A DNA stretch of 51,217 nt, taken from NCBI GenBank assembly GCA_910584805.1, contig CAJUCB010000004.1, forward strand, positions 1 to 51,217, read 5' to 3'. A model generated the notes under the pieces. It saw only the letters and a program-made list of their open reading frames with translations. It did no database searches and was not told the origin of the DNA. Below are positions 19,630 through 28,895 of this stretch, in pieces. The position numbers and the translations under genes are program-made. The stretch's first letter is position 1. Each line of letters starts with the position of its first letter. Source of the stretch: an uncultured Oscillospiraceae bacterium. GTDB taxonomy: Bacteria > Bacillota > Clostridia > Oscillospirales > Oscillospiraceae.

Positions 19630-20302
19630 AGCTCTCAGCGCCTTTTGGGCGGAATACGGGACCATCCTGCTCCAAGGGACCCGTGACACCTTGATTATGA
19701 CCTTTGTAGCCACCATCCTTGCCTATATCTTAGGGGTACCCATCGGGGTGTTTGTGGTCATTACCCAGCCCCACGGTATCTGGCCGAACCGCTTCATCAA
19801 CCGGGTCCTGGGGTGGATCGTCAACATCGGCCGCTCCATACCCTTCATCATCCTGATGATCTTGGTGATGGGCTTCACCAAATTCCTGGTGGGCACCAAG
19901 CTGGGGATCCGGGGGGCCACGCCGCCCCTGGTGATCTCCGCCGCCCCCTTCATCGCCCGGATGGTGGAGACCTCCCTCATGGAAGTGGACGCCGGGGTGG
20001 TGGAGGCCGCCCAGTCCATGGGGGCCAGCGTGCCCCAGATTGTGCGGAAGGTCTACCTCCCCGAGGCGAAGCCCTCCCTGATCCTGGGGGCCTCCATCTC
20101 CACCATCACCATCCTGGCCTACACCGCCATGGCCGGTGCCATCGGCGCCGGGGGCCTGGGGGACCTGGCCATCCGCTACGGCTACCATCGGGGCGTGGAC
20201 TCCATGCTCTGGGCCACCGTGATCCTCATCATCATCCTGGTGCAGATCATACAATCCGTGTTCAGTTGGCTGTCCACCAAAATGGACAAGCGCCTGAGAT
20301 AA
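19622..20302 (+). CDS. metI: Methionine ABC transporter permease
   Basis: RSIPFIIL, EAAQSMGAS, GAGGLGDLAIRYGY. Confidence 0.94.
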   Translation: MLEALSAFWAEYGTILLQGTRDTLIMTFVATILAYILGVPIGVFVVITQPHGIWPNRFINRVLGWIVNIGRSIPFIILMILVMGFTKFLVGTKLGIRGATPPLVISAAPFIARMVETSLMEVDAGVVEAAQSMGASVPQIVRKVYLPEAKPSLILGASISTITILAYTAMAGAIGAGGLGDLAIRYGYHRGVDSMLWATVILIIILVQIIQSVFSWLSTKMDKRLR

Positions 20303-20354
20303 ACGAGCCTCCGGGCTCCACCCACACATTTTCTTGAAGGAGGAAACAACCAAC

Positions 20355-21200
20355 ATGAAAAAGATCCTTGCACTGCTCCTGGCCCTGACCATGGCTCTGG
20401 GCCTGGCCGCCTGCGGCACCACCCCCGCCCCCGCTGAGGAAGAGGGCAAGACCGACGAACCCACCAACAACGGCGAGGCCGTCACCCTGCGGGTGGGCGC
20501 TTCCCCCACCCCCCACGCCGAAATCCTCCAGCAGGTGGTCGAACCCCTGAAGGAACAGGGCATTACCTTGGAAATCGTGGAATATGGCGACTATGTGGTC
20601 CCCAACACCGCTGTGGAAGAGGGGGAGGACGACGCCAACTACTTCCAGCACACCCCCTACATGGAGAGCCACAACGCCAAGCATGGCACCCATCTGGTGG
20701 CTGTGGCGGAGCTGCACAATGAGCCCATGGGCATTTACGCCGGCAAGTGCACCAGCCTGGACGAGCTGGCTGACGGCGCTACCATCGCCATCCCCAACGA
20801 CCCCACCAACGAGGGCCGCGCCCTGCTGCTGCTGGAAGCCCAGGGCCTCATCACCCTGAAGGAAGAAGCCGGCCTGGAATGCACCCCCAACGACATCGCC
20901 GAGAACCCCAAGAACCTGAAGTTCTCCGAGATGGAGGCCGCCATGCTGCCCCAGACGGTGGAAGAAGTGGACCTGTCCGTGATCAACTCCAACTACGCCC
21001 TGGAAGGCGGCTTTGACCCCACCAAGGACGCCCTGGCCACTGAGACTGCCGACACCACCCCCTACCCCAACATCCTGTGCGTGAAGGAGGGCAACGAGAA
21101 CAACGAGGCCATCAAGGCCCTTGTTGCGGCCCTCAAGACCGACGAGGTGCGCAGCTTCATCGAAGAGACCTACAAGGGCGCTGTGGTGCCCCTGTTCTAA
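20355..21200 (+). CDS. metQ: MetQ/NlpA substrate-binding lipoprotein
   Basis: Lipobox LAAC; GASPTPHAEIL, DANYFQH, PNDPTNEGRAL. Confidence 0.94.
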   Translation: MKKILALLLALTMALGLAACGTTPAPAEEEGKTDEPTNNGEAVTLRVGASPTPHAEILQQVVEPLKEQGITLEIVEYGDYVVPNTAVEEGEDDANYFQHTPYMESHNAKHGTHLVAVAELHNEPMGIYAGKCTSLDELADGATIAIPNDPTNEGRALLLLEAQGLITLKEEAGLECTPNDIAENPKNLKFSEMEAAMLPQTVEEVDLSVINSNYALEGGFDPTKDALATETADTTPYPNILCVKEGNENNEAIKALVAALKTDEVRSFIEETYKGAVVPLF

Positions 21201-21229
21201 GGGAACCACACCCCCCAAAAACCGACCCC

Positions 21230-21264
21230 AAAGCGGCACATGGAACCCCCATGTGCCGCTTTTT
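21230..21264 (+). terminator. Intrinsic terminator after metQ
   Basis: AAAGCGGCACATGG-aaccc-CCATGTGCCGCTTTT. Confidence 0.8.
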
Positions 21265-21346
21265 CCTGCCCGCCCCACCGGTCTTTGGTGCTAAGGGGCC
21301 CCGCCCCCACATAGGCTTGTACCACCACACAAAGGAGGCGCAGGCG

Positions 21347-22807
21347 ATGACATTGGATCAGGCAAAGCTGGGGCAGACGGTGACGGTGCTGCGGGTCCGG
21401 GGGGAAGGGGCCTTACGGCGGCGGCTGTTGGACATGGGGGTGCTCCGGGGCACGGAAATCACCGTGGAGGGCACCGCCCCCCTGGGGGACCCTATGGAGC
21501 TGTCCTTGCGCAGCTATACCCTCACCCTGCGCCGGGCAGACGCGGCCCTGGTGGAGGTGGCCCCCGCCTGCCCCAGGGCCCCTCATCCCCGGCACACCGC
21601 CACCCGGACCCTGGACAAGCTCCTGCTCCACCCGGTTTTGGCCCTGCCCCTCTTCGCCTCGGTGATGCTGGGGATGTTCTGGTTCTCCATCAGCCTGGTG
21701 GGGCACTGGACCCAGGCCCTGGGGGAGGCCTTGGGGGGTACTTCCCTCCTGGGGGGGCCTGGGGGGAAGGCGCTGCTGGACTGGTGGCTGGCGGGGCAGG
21801 GCTGCCCCCTGTGGTTCCGGGACTTCCTCCTGGACGGCCTGCTGGCAGGGGTGGGGACGGTGCTGGGCTTCCTGCCCCAGCTCACCGCCCTCTTCTTCTG
21901 CCTGAGCTTCTTGGAGGGCTGCGGCTATCTCTCCCGGGGGGCCTACCTGCTGGACCGGGCGGTGCGGCGCTTTGGGCTGTCGGGGAGCAGCGTGGTGCCC
22001 TACATCCTGGCCTGCGGCTGTGCGGTGCCGGGGGCCCTGGCCTGCCGGACCATCCAGCGCCACGGCTGCCGCTGCCTGACGGTATTCACCGCCGCCTTCC
22101 TCCCCTGCGCCGCCAAGCTGCCGGTGATCGCCCTGGTGGCCCAGCTGGCCTTCCCCGGGGGCTGGTGGCTGGCCCCGGCGGCCTACGGGGTGGGTTTAAC
22201 CGCGGCCCTCTTCTCTAGCTGGCTCCTCTCCGGGAGCAAACGCTTCCCCAAGGAGGACATCCCCTTCCTGCTGGAACTGCCCGACTACCGCCTCCCCCCT
22301 TCCAGCGCCCTATGGGGGCGGACCTGGGAACGGCTGGGGGAGTTTTTGAAAAAGGCCGGGACCCTGCTGGTGCTCTCCTCGGCGGCGGTGTGGTGGGCGT
22401 CCTCCTTTGGCTGGACGGGGACGGGCTTTGCCTACCTGTCCTCCGGGGCCCTGGACCACAGCCTGTTGGCGGCGCTGGGGTCGGCCCTGGCCCCCCTGTT
22501 CTCCCTAGCGGGCTGGGGGGACTGGCGGGCGGTGGTGGCCTGCCTCACGGGGCTGCTGGCCAAGGAGAGCATTGTGGGCACTTTGGCGATTTTGGGCTGT
22601 CCGGCGGCGCTGTATACCCCGGCGGCGGCCCTGTCCTTCCTGCTGTTCAACCTCCTGTGCCCCCCCTGCCTGGCGGCGTTGGCAGCCCGGTTCCAGGAGC
22701 TGGGCCAGGGGCGGCTGTTCCTCTTCACCCTGGTGTACCAGACGGCCTTTGCCCTCCTGGTCTCCATCGGGCTCTACCAAGGGGCCTGCCTGCTGGGTCT
22801 GCCCTAA
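21347..22807 (+). CDS. FeoA domain fused to FeoB membrane (gate) domain, lacking the GTPase domain
   Basis: FeoA RRRLLDMG...APLGDP...LTLR followed by FeoB membrane motifs LDKLLLHP, LEGCGYLSR, CGCAVP, ELPDYRLP, AKESIVGT, LLCPPC; AAGGAGG RBS. Confidence 0.85.
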   Translation: MTLDQAKLGQTVTVLRVRGEGALRRRLLDMGVLRGTEITVEGTAPLGDPMELSLRSYTLTLRRADAALVEVAPACPRAPHPRHTATRTLDKLLLHPVLALPLFASVMLGMFWFSISLVGHWTQALGEALGGTSLLGGPGGKALLDWWLAGQGCPLWFRDFLLDGLLAGVGTVLGFLPQLTALFFCLSFLEGCGYLSRGAYLLDRAVRRFGLSGSSVVPYILACGCAVPGALACRTIQRHGCRCLTVFTAAFLPCAAKLPVIALVAQLAFPGGWWLAPAAYGVGLTAALFSSWLLSGSKRFPKEDIPFLLELPDYRLPPSSALWGRTWERLGEFLKKAGTLLVLSSAAVWWASSFGWTGTGFAYLSSGALDHSLLAALGSALAPLFSLAGWGDWRAVVACLTGLLAKESIVGTLAILGCPAALYTPAAALSFLLFNLLCPPCLAALAARFQELGQGRLFLFTLVYQTAFALLVSIGLYQGACLLGLP

Positions 22808-22984
22808 GCACACCCTCACCATTTATACAAAAAAGCCAGGGGCGAAACACGGAAAATCAGCAGGGAAATCATGGAAAATCACATGACTTTCCCCCCGTTC
22901 TGTGGTACACTGTTGAGGAATACTCAAAAAATGACCCTGGCGGAGGGGCCCCCAGCCGCCAGGCAGGAAGAAAGGACCGCATTC

Positions 22985-23818
22985 ATGAAGGAATTCAAAG
23001 GAAGCAGCAGCTACGTGGTCTCCTCGGACCTGCTGCGCATTGTCAACGTATCCATCGCCCTGCAAAAGCCCCTGCTCATCAAGGGGGAACCCGGCACCGG
23101 CAAGACCATGCTGGCCCAGGCCATCAGCGAAGCCCTGGGGAAAAAACTCATTATCTGGAACATCAAGTCCACCACCAAGGCCCAGGACGGCCTGTATGTC
23201 TATGATACCGTCCAGCGCCTTTACGACAGCCAGTTCGGCGGCGAAGGGGTGGACGACATCGGCAAGTATATCAAGCTGGGCAAGCTGGGGGAGGCCTTCT
23301 CCTCCGACGAGCAGGTGATCCTCCTCATCGACGAGATCGACAAGGCCGACCTAGAGTTCCCCAACGACCTGCTGTGGGAGCTGGACAAGATGGAATTCTA
23401 TATCCCCGAGACCAAGCAGACCATCACCGCCAAGGAGCGGCCCATTGTGATCATCACCTCCAACGCCGAGAAGGAGCTCCCCGACGCCTTCCTGCGCCGC
23501 TGCATCTTCCACTATATCGCCTTCCCCGACCAGGACATGATGCGGGATATCGTCCACGCCCACTACCCCGACATTGAGGACCACCTCCTGGACCTGGCCA
23601 TGCGGGGCTTCTATCAGGTCCGGGACCTGCCCACCGTGGCCAAAAAGCCCTCCACCTCCGAGCTGCTGGACTGGCTGCAAGCCCTGCGCCTGGGTGGGGT
23701 GGACCCCAAGAAGATCGAAAGCGAGCTGCCCTATGCAGGCATCCTATTGAAAAAGACCGAGGACCTCACCGCCGTCAAGAACGCCAAGAACCGGCCTAAG
23801 AACGGCTACCGCTGGTAA
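22985..23818 (+). CDS. MoxR-family AAA+ ATPase (CoxD-like)
   Basis: GEPGTGKT, LLIDEIDKAD, ITSNAEKELPDAFLRRC. Confidence 0.92.
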   Translation: MKEFKGSSSYVVSSDLLRIVNVSIALQKPLLIKGEPGTGKTMLAQAISEALGKKLIIWNIKSTTKAQDGLYVYDTVQRLYDSQFGGEGVDDIGKYIKLGKLGEAFSSDEQVILLIDEIDKADLEFPNDLLWELDKMEFYIPETKQTITAKERPIVIITSNAEKELPDAFLRRCIFHYIAFPDQDMMRDIVHAHYPDIEDHLLDLAMRGFYQVRDLPTVAKKPSTSELLDWLQALRLGGVDPKKIESELPYAGILLKKTEDLTAVKNAKNRPKNGYRW

Positions 23819-23837
23819 AGGGAGAGGAGGCGCAGCC

Positions 23838-25034
23838 TTGTTTACCGATTTTTTCTACCTCCTCCGGGCCCACGGCCTGGACGTCTCCATGAACGAGTGG
23901 CTCTCCCTGATGGAAGCCCTGAAGCTGGGCCTGTGCCGGAACAGCCTGTTGGAGTTCTACTATGTGGCCCGGGGCATTTTGGTCAAGACCGAGGCGGACT
24001 TTGACAAGTTCGACGAGACCTTCCTGCGCTACTTTGAACACGTCCAGCACATGGAGGACATCCCCCAGGAGCTGATGGACTGGCTCCACGACCCCAAGAA
24101 CATGAAGAAGTACGACAAGGACGAGGTGGACGCCCGCACCACCTTCGACCTGGGCAAGCTGCGGGACATGCTGGAAGAGCGCTTGAAGGAACAGCACGAG
24201 CGCCACGACGGCGGCCAATACTGGGTGGGCACCGGCGGCACCTCCGCCCTGGGCCACTCTGGCTACGCCGCTACGGGCATCCGGGTGGGGGGCGAGAGCC
24301 AGCACCGCCACGCCCTGCAGGTGGCCGGGGAGCGCAACTTCCGGGACTTCCGGGAGGACAGCACCTTGGACCAGCGCTCCTTCCAACTGGCGTTCCGCCG
24401 CCTGCGGCAGCTCACCACCCGCCAGGAGGGGCCCATGGATGTGCTGAACCTGGACCGGACCATCGACGAGACCTGCAACAACGCCGGCTATCTCCAACTG
24501 GAATTCGACCGGCCCCGGACCAACGACGTGAAGGTGATGCTGCTCTTCGACTCCGGGGGCTCCATGTCCCCCTACGCCAGCCTGTGCAGCCAGCTCTTCC
24601 AGGCGGTGAACCGGGCCAACAACTTCAAGGACCTGCGGATCTACTACTTCCACAACTGCTGGTACTCCGACCTCTACACCGACCCCCGGTGCATGTACGG
24701 CGAGAGCGTGGAAACCCAGTGGGTCATCAACAACCTGAGCCGGGAGTATAAGGTCATTGTGGTGGGGGACGCCTCCATGGCCCCCTCGGAGCTCACCTGG
24801 ATCGGCGGCAGCAGCTATTATAACCGCTACAACAACGAGACCGGCCTCACCTGGCTGGAACGGATGCACAGCCGTTTTCAAAAAATGGTGTGGTTCAACC
24901 CCATCCCGGAGGCCATGTGGCAGTATGACTACGGCTACCAGACCATCGAGATGATCGGCAACGTGGTGGACATGTACCAGCTCACGGTGGAGGGGCTGGC
25001 ACGGGGCTTGAAAAAGCTGGTGTCCGCACGATAA
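23838..25034 (+). CDS. VWA domain-containing CoxE-like protein
   Basis: WVGTGGTS..GHSG, FDSGGSM MIDAS variant, YYFHNC, VGDASMAP; TTG start with AGGAGG RBS. Confidence 0.88.
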   Translation: MFTDFFYLLRAHGLDVSMNEWLSLMEALKLGLCRNSLLEFYYVARGILVKTEADFDKFDETFLRYFEHVQHMEDIPQELMDWLHDPKNMKKYDKDEVDARTTFDLGKLRDMLEERLKEQHERHDGGQYWVGTGGTSALGHSGYAATGIRVGGESQHRHALQVAGERNFRDFREDSTLDQRSFQLAFRRLRQLTTRQEGPMDVLNLDRTIDETCNNAGYLQLEFDRPRTNDVKVMLLFDSGGSMSPYASLCSQLFQAVNRANNFKDLRIYYFHNCWYSDLYTDPRCMYGESVETQWVINNLSREYKVIVVGDASMAPSELTWIGGSSYYNRYNNETGLTWLERMHSRFQKMVWFNPIPEAMWQYDYGYQTIEMIGNVVDMYQLTVEGLARGLKKLVSAR

Positions 25035-25049
25035 CCCAACAACAGGACA

Positions 25050-25088
25050 ACAGGCCGGGGCGCACAGGACTGCGCCCCGGCCTGTTTT
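25050..25088 (+). terminator. Intrinsic terminator
   Basis: ACAGGCCGGGGCGCA-caggac-TGCGCCCCGGCCTGTTTT. Confidence 0.8.
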
Positions 25089-25097
25089 GCCCCCTGC

Positions 25098-25141
25098 GCA
25101 ACCACAGGTTGCTTGCCCCCAGAGGGGCCTGGGTGTATACT
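25098..25141 (+). promoter_or_regulatory. Promoter with adjacent palindromic operator
   Basis: GCAACC-aca-GGTTGC (25098-25112) abutting TTGCCC-N17-TATACT. Confidence 0.6.
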
Positions 25142-25166
25142 AAAGAAAAAACAGGAGGCCATATTG

Positions 25167-25637
25167 ATGGAAACGAAAGATGCGATTTTAACCCTGCGCA
25201 AGGACCTGGGCCTCTCCCAGGACGCCTTTGCCCAAAAGCTCTTTGTCACCCGCCAGGCGGTGTCCCGCTGGGAGACGGGGGAGACCGTACCCAGCACCGA
25301 TATCCTAAAACAGATTGCCAAGACCTTCCAGGTCTCCGCCGACCAGCTTTTGGGCTATCCCGCCGGGGTCTGCCAGAGCTGTGGGATGCCCCTGGACCAG
25401 GAGGAGCTCCACGGCACCGAGGCAGACGGCAGCAAGTCAGACTCCTTCTGCACCTATTGTTACCAACACGGGGCCTACACCTACCCCACCACCCTAGAGG
25501 GTATGGTGGAAAACAACCTGAAATACTTGCAGGAATGGAACGAAAACGCCGGCCTCCAACTCAGCAAGGAGGAGGCCAAGGAAGCCCTGTTGCAATTCCT
25601 CCCCACCCTAAAGCGCTGGCGGGAGGCGGCCAACTGA
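25167..25637 (+). CDS. XRE-family HTH regulator with zinc-ribbon domain
   Basis: LSQDAFAQKLFVTRQAVSRWETG; CQSCGMP and FCTYCY. Confidence 0.9.
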   Translation: METKDAILTLRKDLGLSQDAFAQKLFVTRQAVSRWETGETVPSTDILKQIAKTFQVSADQLLGYPAGVCQSCGMPLDQEELHGTEADGSKSDSFCTYCYQHGAYTYPTTLEGMVENNLKYLQEWNENAGLQLSKEEAKEALLQFLPTLKRWREAAN

Positions 25638-25867
25638 GTGCGCCGCAAAAAATCATCCTATTGTAACATCACCAGGGGGCCACAACGCCGCAGTTGTAGC
25701 CCCCTGGTGACGTTGTAGAACCCCCTTGGGGAACGGAGGTTTTGGGGGGGACTGGCAGGCCGTTTTCTCCTTTTGATTAGATTTTTGGGTGTACAAATTT
25801 TCAAAAGTGTATTGCGTTTTGGGGAGCATTCGGTATAATGAAGAAAAAGGAACCGGGAGGTGAGGAC

Positions 25868-27784
25868 TTGAGAAATGCCAAATATGGAATGAGCATTGCA
25901 CTGATTTTTGTGGCATTGGTTCTTGTGGGAGAAATTTATGTATGGTATGTTAGCTCCTTTTTCTCCATGTTTCCATCCACAACACTGTATTTACAGGAGG
26001 GACAACAGACGCAGGATTTGCTGGAAGATGTGACAGAAGCAGCGGCTCAAACCGGAATCGACGTCTTTTTCGTTGATACAAAGTCCAACAACAACTTTTC
26101 ATATACTCTGGATGTATACGGAACAGACCATGCAAAGGATAAGCTAAAAGAAAAAATGATTCGGGAGGGGGAATTTAAAAGTATTTTTATCGGAAACGTG
26201 ACCGTTCATTATTTTCCACTGGGGCAGATTCCGGAAGAAGTCACCCCTACTTATTTTTATTTGCTGGGAACCTATGAAGAAAATGTCCTTTTCAAGCAAA
26301 AACTGGTTGATACCTATGCGGGAAACTTTCCCCAGGACATCAGCGGAGTGAATGGGGACCGCTTGGAAATCATAGGATTGTGGGCCATCGTCTATACCTT
26401 CCTGTTGTTGCTATCCATGTATGATGCTGCGATGATTCGGAAAGAGGGCGTGGTGCGAATGGTTTCCGGGGAACCCCTTACCGCCTTTGTCTGGTCGAAC
26501 ATCAAGAAAGATGTGGTCGCTTTTACGTCAATTTTCCTTGCTCTGCTCTGCGTCACAAGCCTGTTTTCGGAAATCAAATATCATATTGAGATTACGATCA
26601 TCCTATACCTTGTGTTTATTGGGCTTAACTCGTTGCTGTATTTACAGATGCTAAAGCTCGACTTTAGAAGGGATGTTTCCTCCAATCAAAGCGCAAAGAA
26701 CGTGCTAAAAATAAGCTATATCTATAAATTTATTGCCATGATGCTTACCGTCCTAATGCTGAATGGAACGCTAAGTCTCATCCAAGACGGCACGGACTGT
26801 TACCAGCAGGGAGACTTTTTCCAAAGCCATCGCGAGTATTATTACTTCAACCCAGCATCCTCCGAACTCTATGCGGTCCAGGGGAAGGAGTGGGAGATCA
26901 ACCTGAGTGAAGAGCTGTTTCAGGAAAGAAACCGCTTTGTCTCCGTCGTTGTGGATTATTTCACAGATGAGAATACCTACATTTATACCGATGACAGCGC
27001 AAAAGCATATTTAGAGGAACAGATTCCGGAATTAAAGACCATGCAGTTAGAGCAAAAATTCTATATTATTCTTCCGGAAAAATATAAAAACGACGAATCC
27101 ATTCTTGAGATTGCGTTGGAAAATTGGGAGGGATATTATACAGGCCCTTATGACTATGAAGTAATTGGATGCAAGCGAACCAATACCATTGCAATGGAAG
27201 ATAGTAAGACAACGGTTACAAGTTCCATCAAAAAAGATCCCATCATCCTTTATAACAATCTTGGAGTTTCAAGCTACGAATCTTTTTTCAGCCTTGGGTA
27301 TATTCTGCAAAATACGTTGTTGGAGGTCAGCCCCCAGGAGCGGGAGGACTTGGAGGCCAGAGGGATCGTTAACTTCTTTACCAATGCTCAGGAAAACTAT
27401 TTCTTCCAGTTGGAAGGGGCCAAACGGAATATGACTGCGGGAATTGTGTTTTCTGCCTTAATCTTAGCCATCAACCTGGTCATTCTCAAGAGTATGGTAT
27501 TTTATGACTATAAGATCAACGCCGTGGAACTTACACTGAAAAAGCTGTTTGGATATGGGGCGCTTGGGCGGAACTGGCGGCCGGTGCTGCTCTCCGTGAT
27601 TTCCGCGGTGTCTGCTATTCTTATCAGTTCTCTGGTACTGCATTTCCTAGGACGGGATGGGATATTTTACAATGTGGTTGGCGGCGGGGTGATCTTGCTT
27701 GTGGATTTGGCCTGTTTGCTTTCCTATATGCGCAAAATGAACCGGGTCAGCATGAACCGGATTTTGAAGGGAGGGAGCCTATGA
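25868..27784 (+). CDS. Bacteriocin-associated integral membrane protein (lactococcin 972-type ABC permease/immunity, DUF1430-like)
   Basis: TM clusters separated by large loops; C-terminal ELTLKKLFGY motif; coupled to an ABC ATPase; AT-richer than flanks; TTG start with GGAGG RBS. Confidence 0.7.
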   Translation: MRNAKYGMSIALIFVALVLVGEIYVWYVSSFFSMFPSTTLYLQEGQQTQDLLEDVTEAAAQTGIDVFFVDTKSNNNFSYTLDVYGTDHAKDKLKEKMIREGEFKSIFIGNVTVHYFPLGQIPEEVTPTYFYLLGTYEENVLFKQKLVDTYAGNFPQDISGVNGDRLEIIGLWAIVYTFLLLLSMYDAAMIRKEGVVRMVSGEPLTAFVWSNIKKDVVAFTSIFLALLCVTSLFSEIKYHIEITIILYLVFIGLNSLLYLQMLKLDFRRDVSSNQSAKNVLKISYIYKFIAMMLTVLMLNGTLSLIQDGTDCYQQGDFFQSHREYYYFNPASSELYAVQGKEWEINLSEELFQERNRFVSVVVDYFTDENTYIYTDDSAKAYLEEQIPELKTMQLEQKFYIILPEKYKNDESILEIALENWEGYYTGPYDYEVIGCKRTNTIAMEDSKTTVTSSIKKDPIILYNNLGVSSYESFFSLGYILQNTLLEVSPQEREDLEARGIVNFFTNAQENYFFQLEGAKRNMTAGIVFSALILAINLVILKSMVFYDYKINAVELTLKKLFGYGALGRNWRPVLLSVISAVSAILISSLVLHFLGRDGIFYNVVGGGVILLVDLACLLSYMRKMNRVSMNRILKGGSL

Positions 27785-28377
27785 TTGCCATCACGGGATT
27801 GAACAAAGCCTACGGGGAACATCAGATTTTTCAAGATTTCTCCTTGACCATCCCCACAGGGGAGATGATTGTCCTGTCTGGGGAGAGCGGGTCGGGGAAA
27901 ACCATCATCGGGGCCCTGGAAACCTTTGACGGCGGACAAGTTATCGTGGATGGGATCGACGTCAACGACCCCAAGACCCACCGGGACTATTTCGCCAATA
28001 AAGTGGGATTTTTATTTCAGAATTTTGTCCTCATTGAGGACATGACCGTTCGGAAGAACCTGAACCTCATTCGGAAAACCAACGCTTCGGGGATTTCCAT
28101 AGCGGAAGCCCTGGACTATGTGGGCCTTGGGGATAAGATAGACCAAAAGGTGTATGAATTATCCGGCGGAGAACAACAGCGGGTGGCCTTGGCGCGGCTG
28201 ATGATTAAAAAATGTGACATCATATTGGCGGATGAGCCTACCGGGTCACTGGACCGGAAAAATGCTGAGCGTGTCCTTTCCATTTTGGAGGATTTCCACC
28301 AGAAGGGAAAAACCGTTGTAATTGTAACCCACGATGAAGGGATCAAAAATCGTGGGTGGAGGGTGGTGGAATTATGA
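27781..28377 (+). CDS. ABC transporter ATP-binding protein with short in-frame deletion after Walker A
   Basis: GESGSGKT followed directly by IIGALE; LSGGEQQR, LADEPTGSLD, VTHD. Confidence 0.88.
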   Translation: MIAITGLNKAYGEHQIFQDFSLTIPTGEMIVLSGESGSGKTIIGALETFDGGQVIVDGIDVNDPKTHRDYFANKVGFLFQNFVLIEDMTVRKNLNLIRKTNASGISIAEALDYVGLGDKIDQKVYELSGGEQQRVALARLMIKKCDIILADEPTGSLDRKNAERVLSILEDFHQKGKTVVIVTHDEGIKNRGWRVVEL

Positions 28378-28829
28378 AAAAACATGGAAAGATAAAGATT
28401 GTTTTGCTAGCCATTGTGGGGCTGTTTGCTATCTATAACTTAGTTTGGGTTTTGACCGTTTGGAATACGTATCGTGGCTTCACTGAAGGTATGGAGGAAC
28501 TCACTCCCTATCGACGCTATGTCATTGATGAGCGGGATGGCTATACCTATAATGTAAAAATCCCGGATTACTTGAGCTTTACGGGAAACCTGGGGCTCCA
28601 ACCCTATGAAGGCGGCGATTGTGCATTGATTATTTGGCCGGGAATTTTCGAAGAAACCACCTATGGTGCGTTTGTCTCTGACGCGAATGGCATGGGTCAA
28701 GGGGTGATGCTCACAGCAGACGGGATGCCAGAGGAAGACGCACCGGAGCAAATCAAGCAGCTGGTGGCGGAAAACCGGGAATCCTTAGACATGCTGTTTG
28801 AAAAAGCCCGGGAACAGTGGGACTACTAG
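28374..28829 (+). CDS. Hypothetical membrane-anchored protein
   Basis: N-terminal TM segment, ATGA overlap with the ATPase gene, same AT-richer composition. Confidence 0.75.
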   Translation: MKKHGKIKIVLLAIVGLFAIYNLVWVLTVWNTYRGFTEGMEELTPYRRYVIDERDGYTYNVKIPDYLSFTGNLGLQPYEGGDCALIIWPGIFEETTYGAFVSDANGMGQGVMLTADGMPEEDAPEQIKQLVAENRESLDMLFEKAREQWDY

Positions 28830-28844
28830 GCCTTGCACATAGCA

Positions 28845-28887
28845 GACTGCCCCAGGTTGTGCTCTCCGCACAGCCTGGGGCAGTCTT
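28845..28887. terminator. Terminator between convergent genes
   Basis: AGACTGCCCCAGGTTGTGC-tctcc-GCACAGCCTGGGGCAGTCT followed by a T-rich tract. Confidence 0.8.
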
Positions 28888-28895
28888 ATTTTTAT

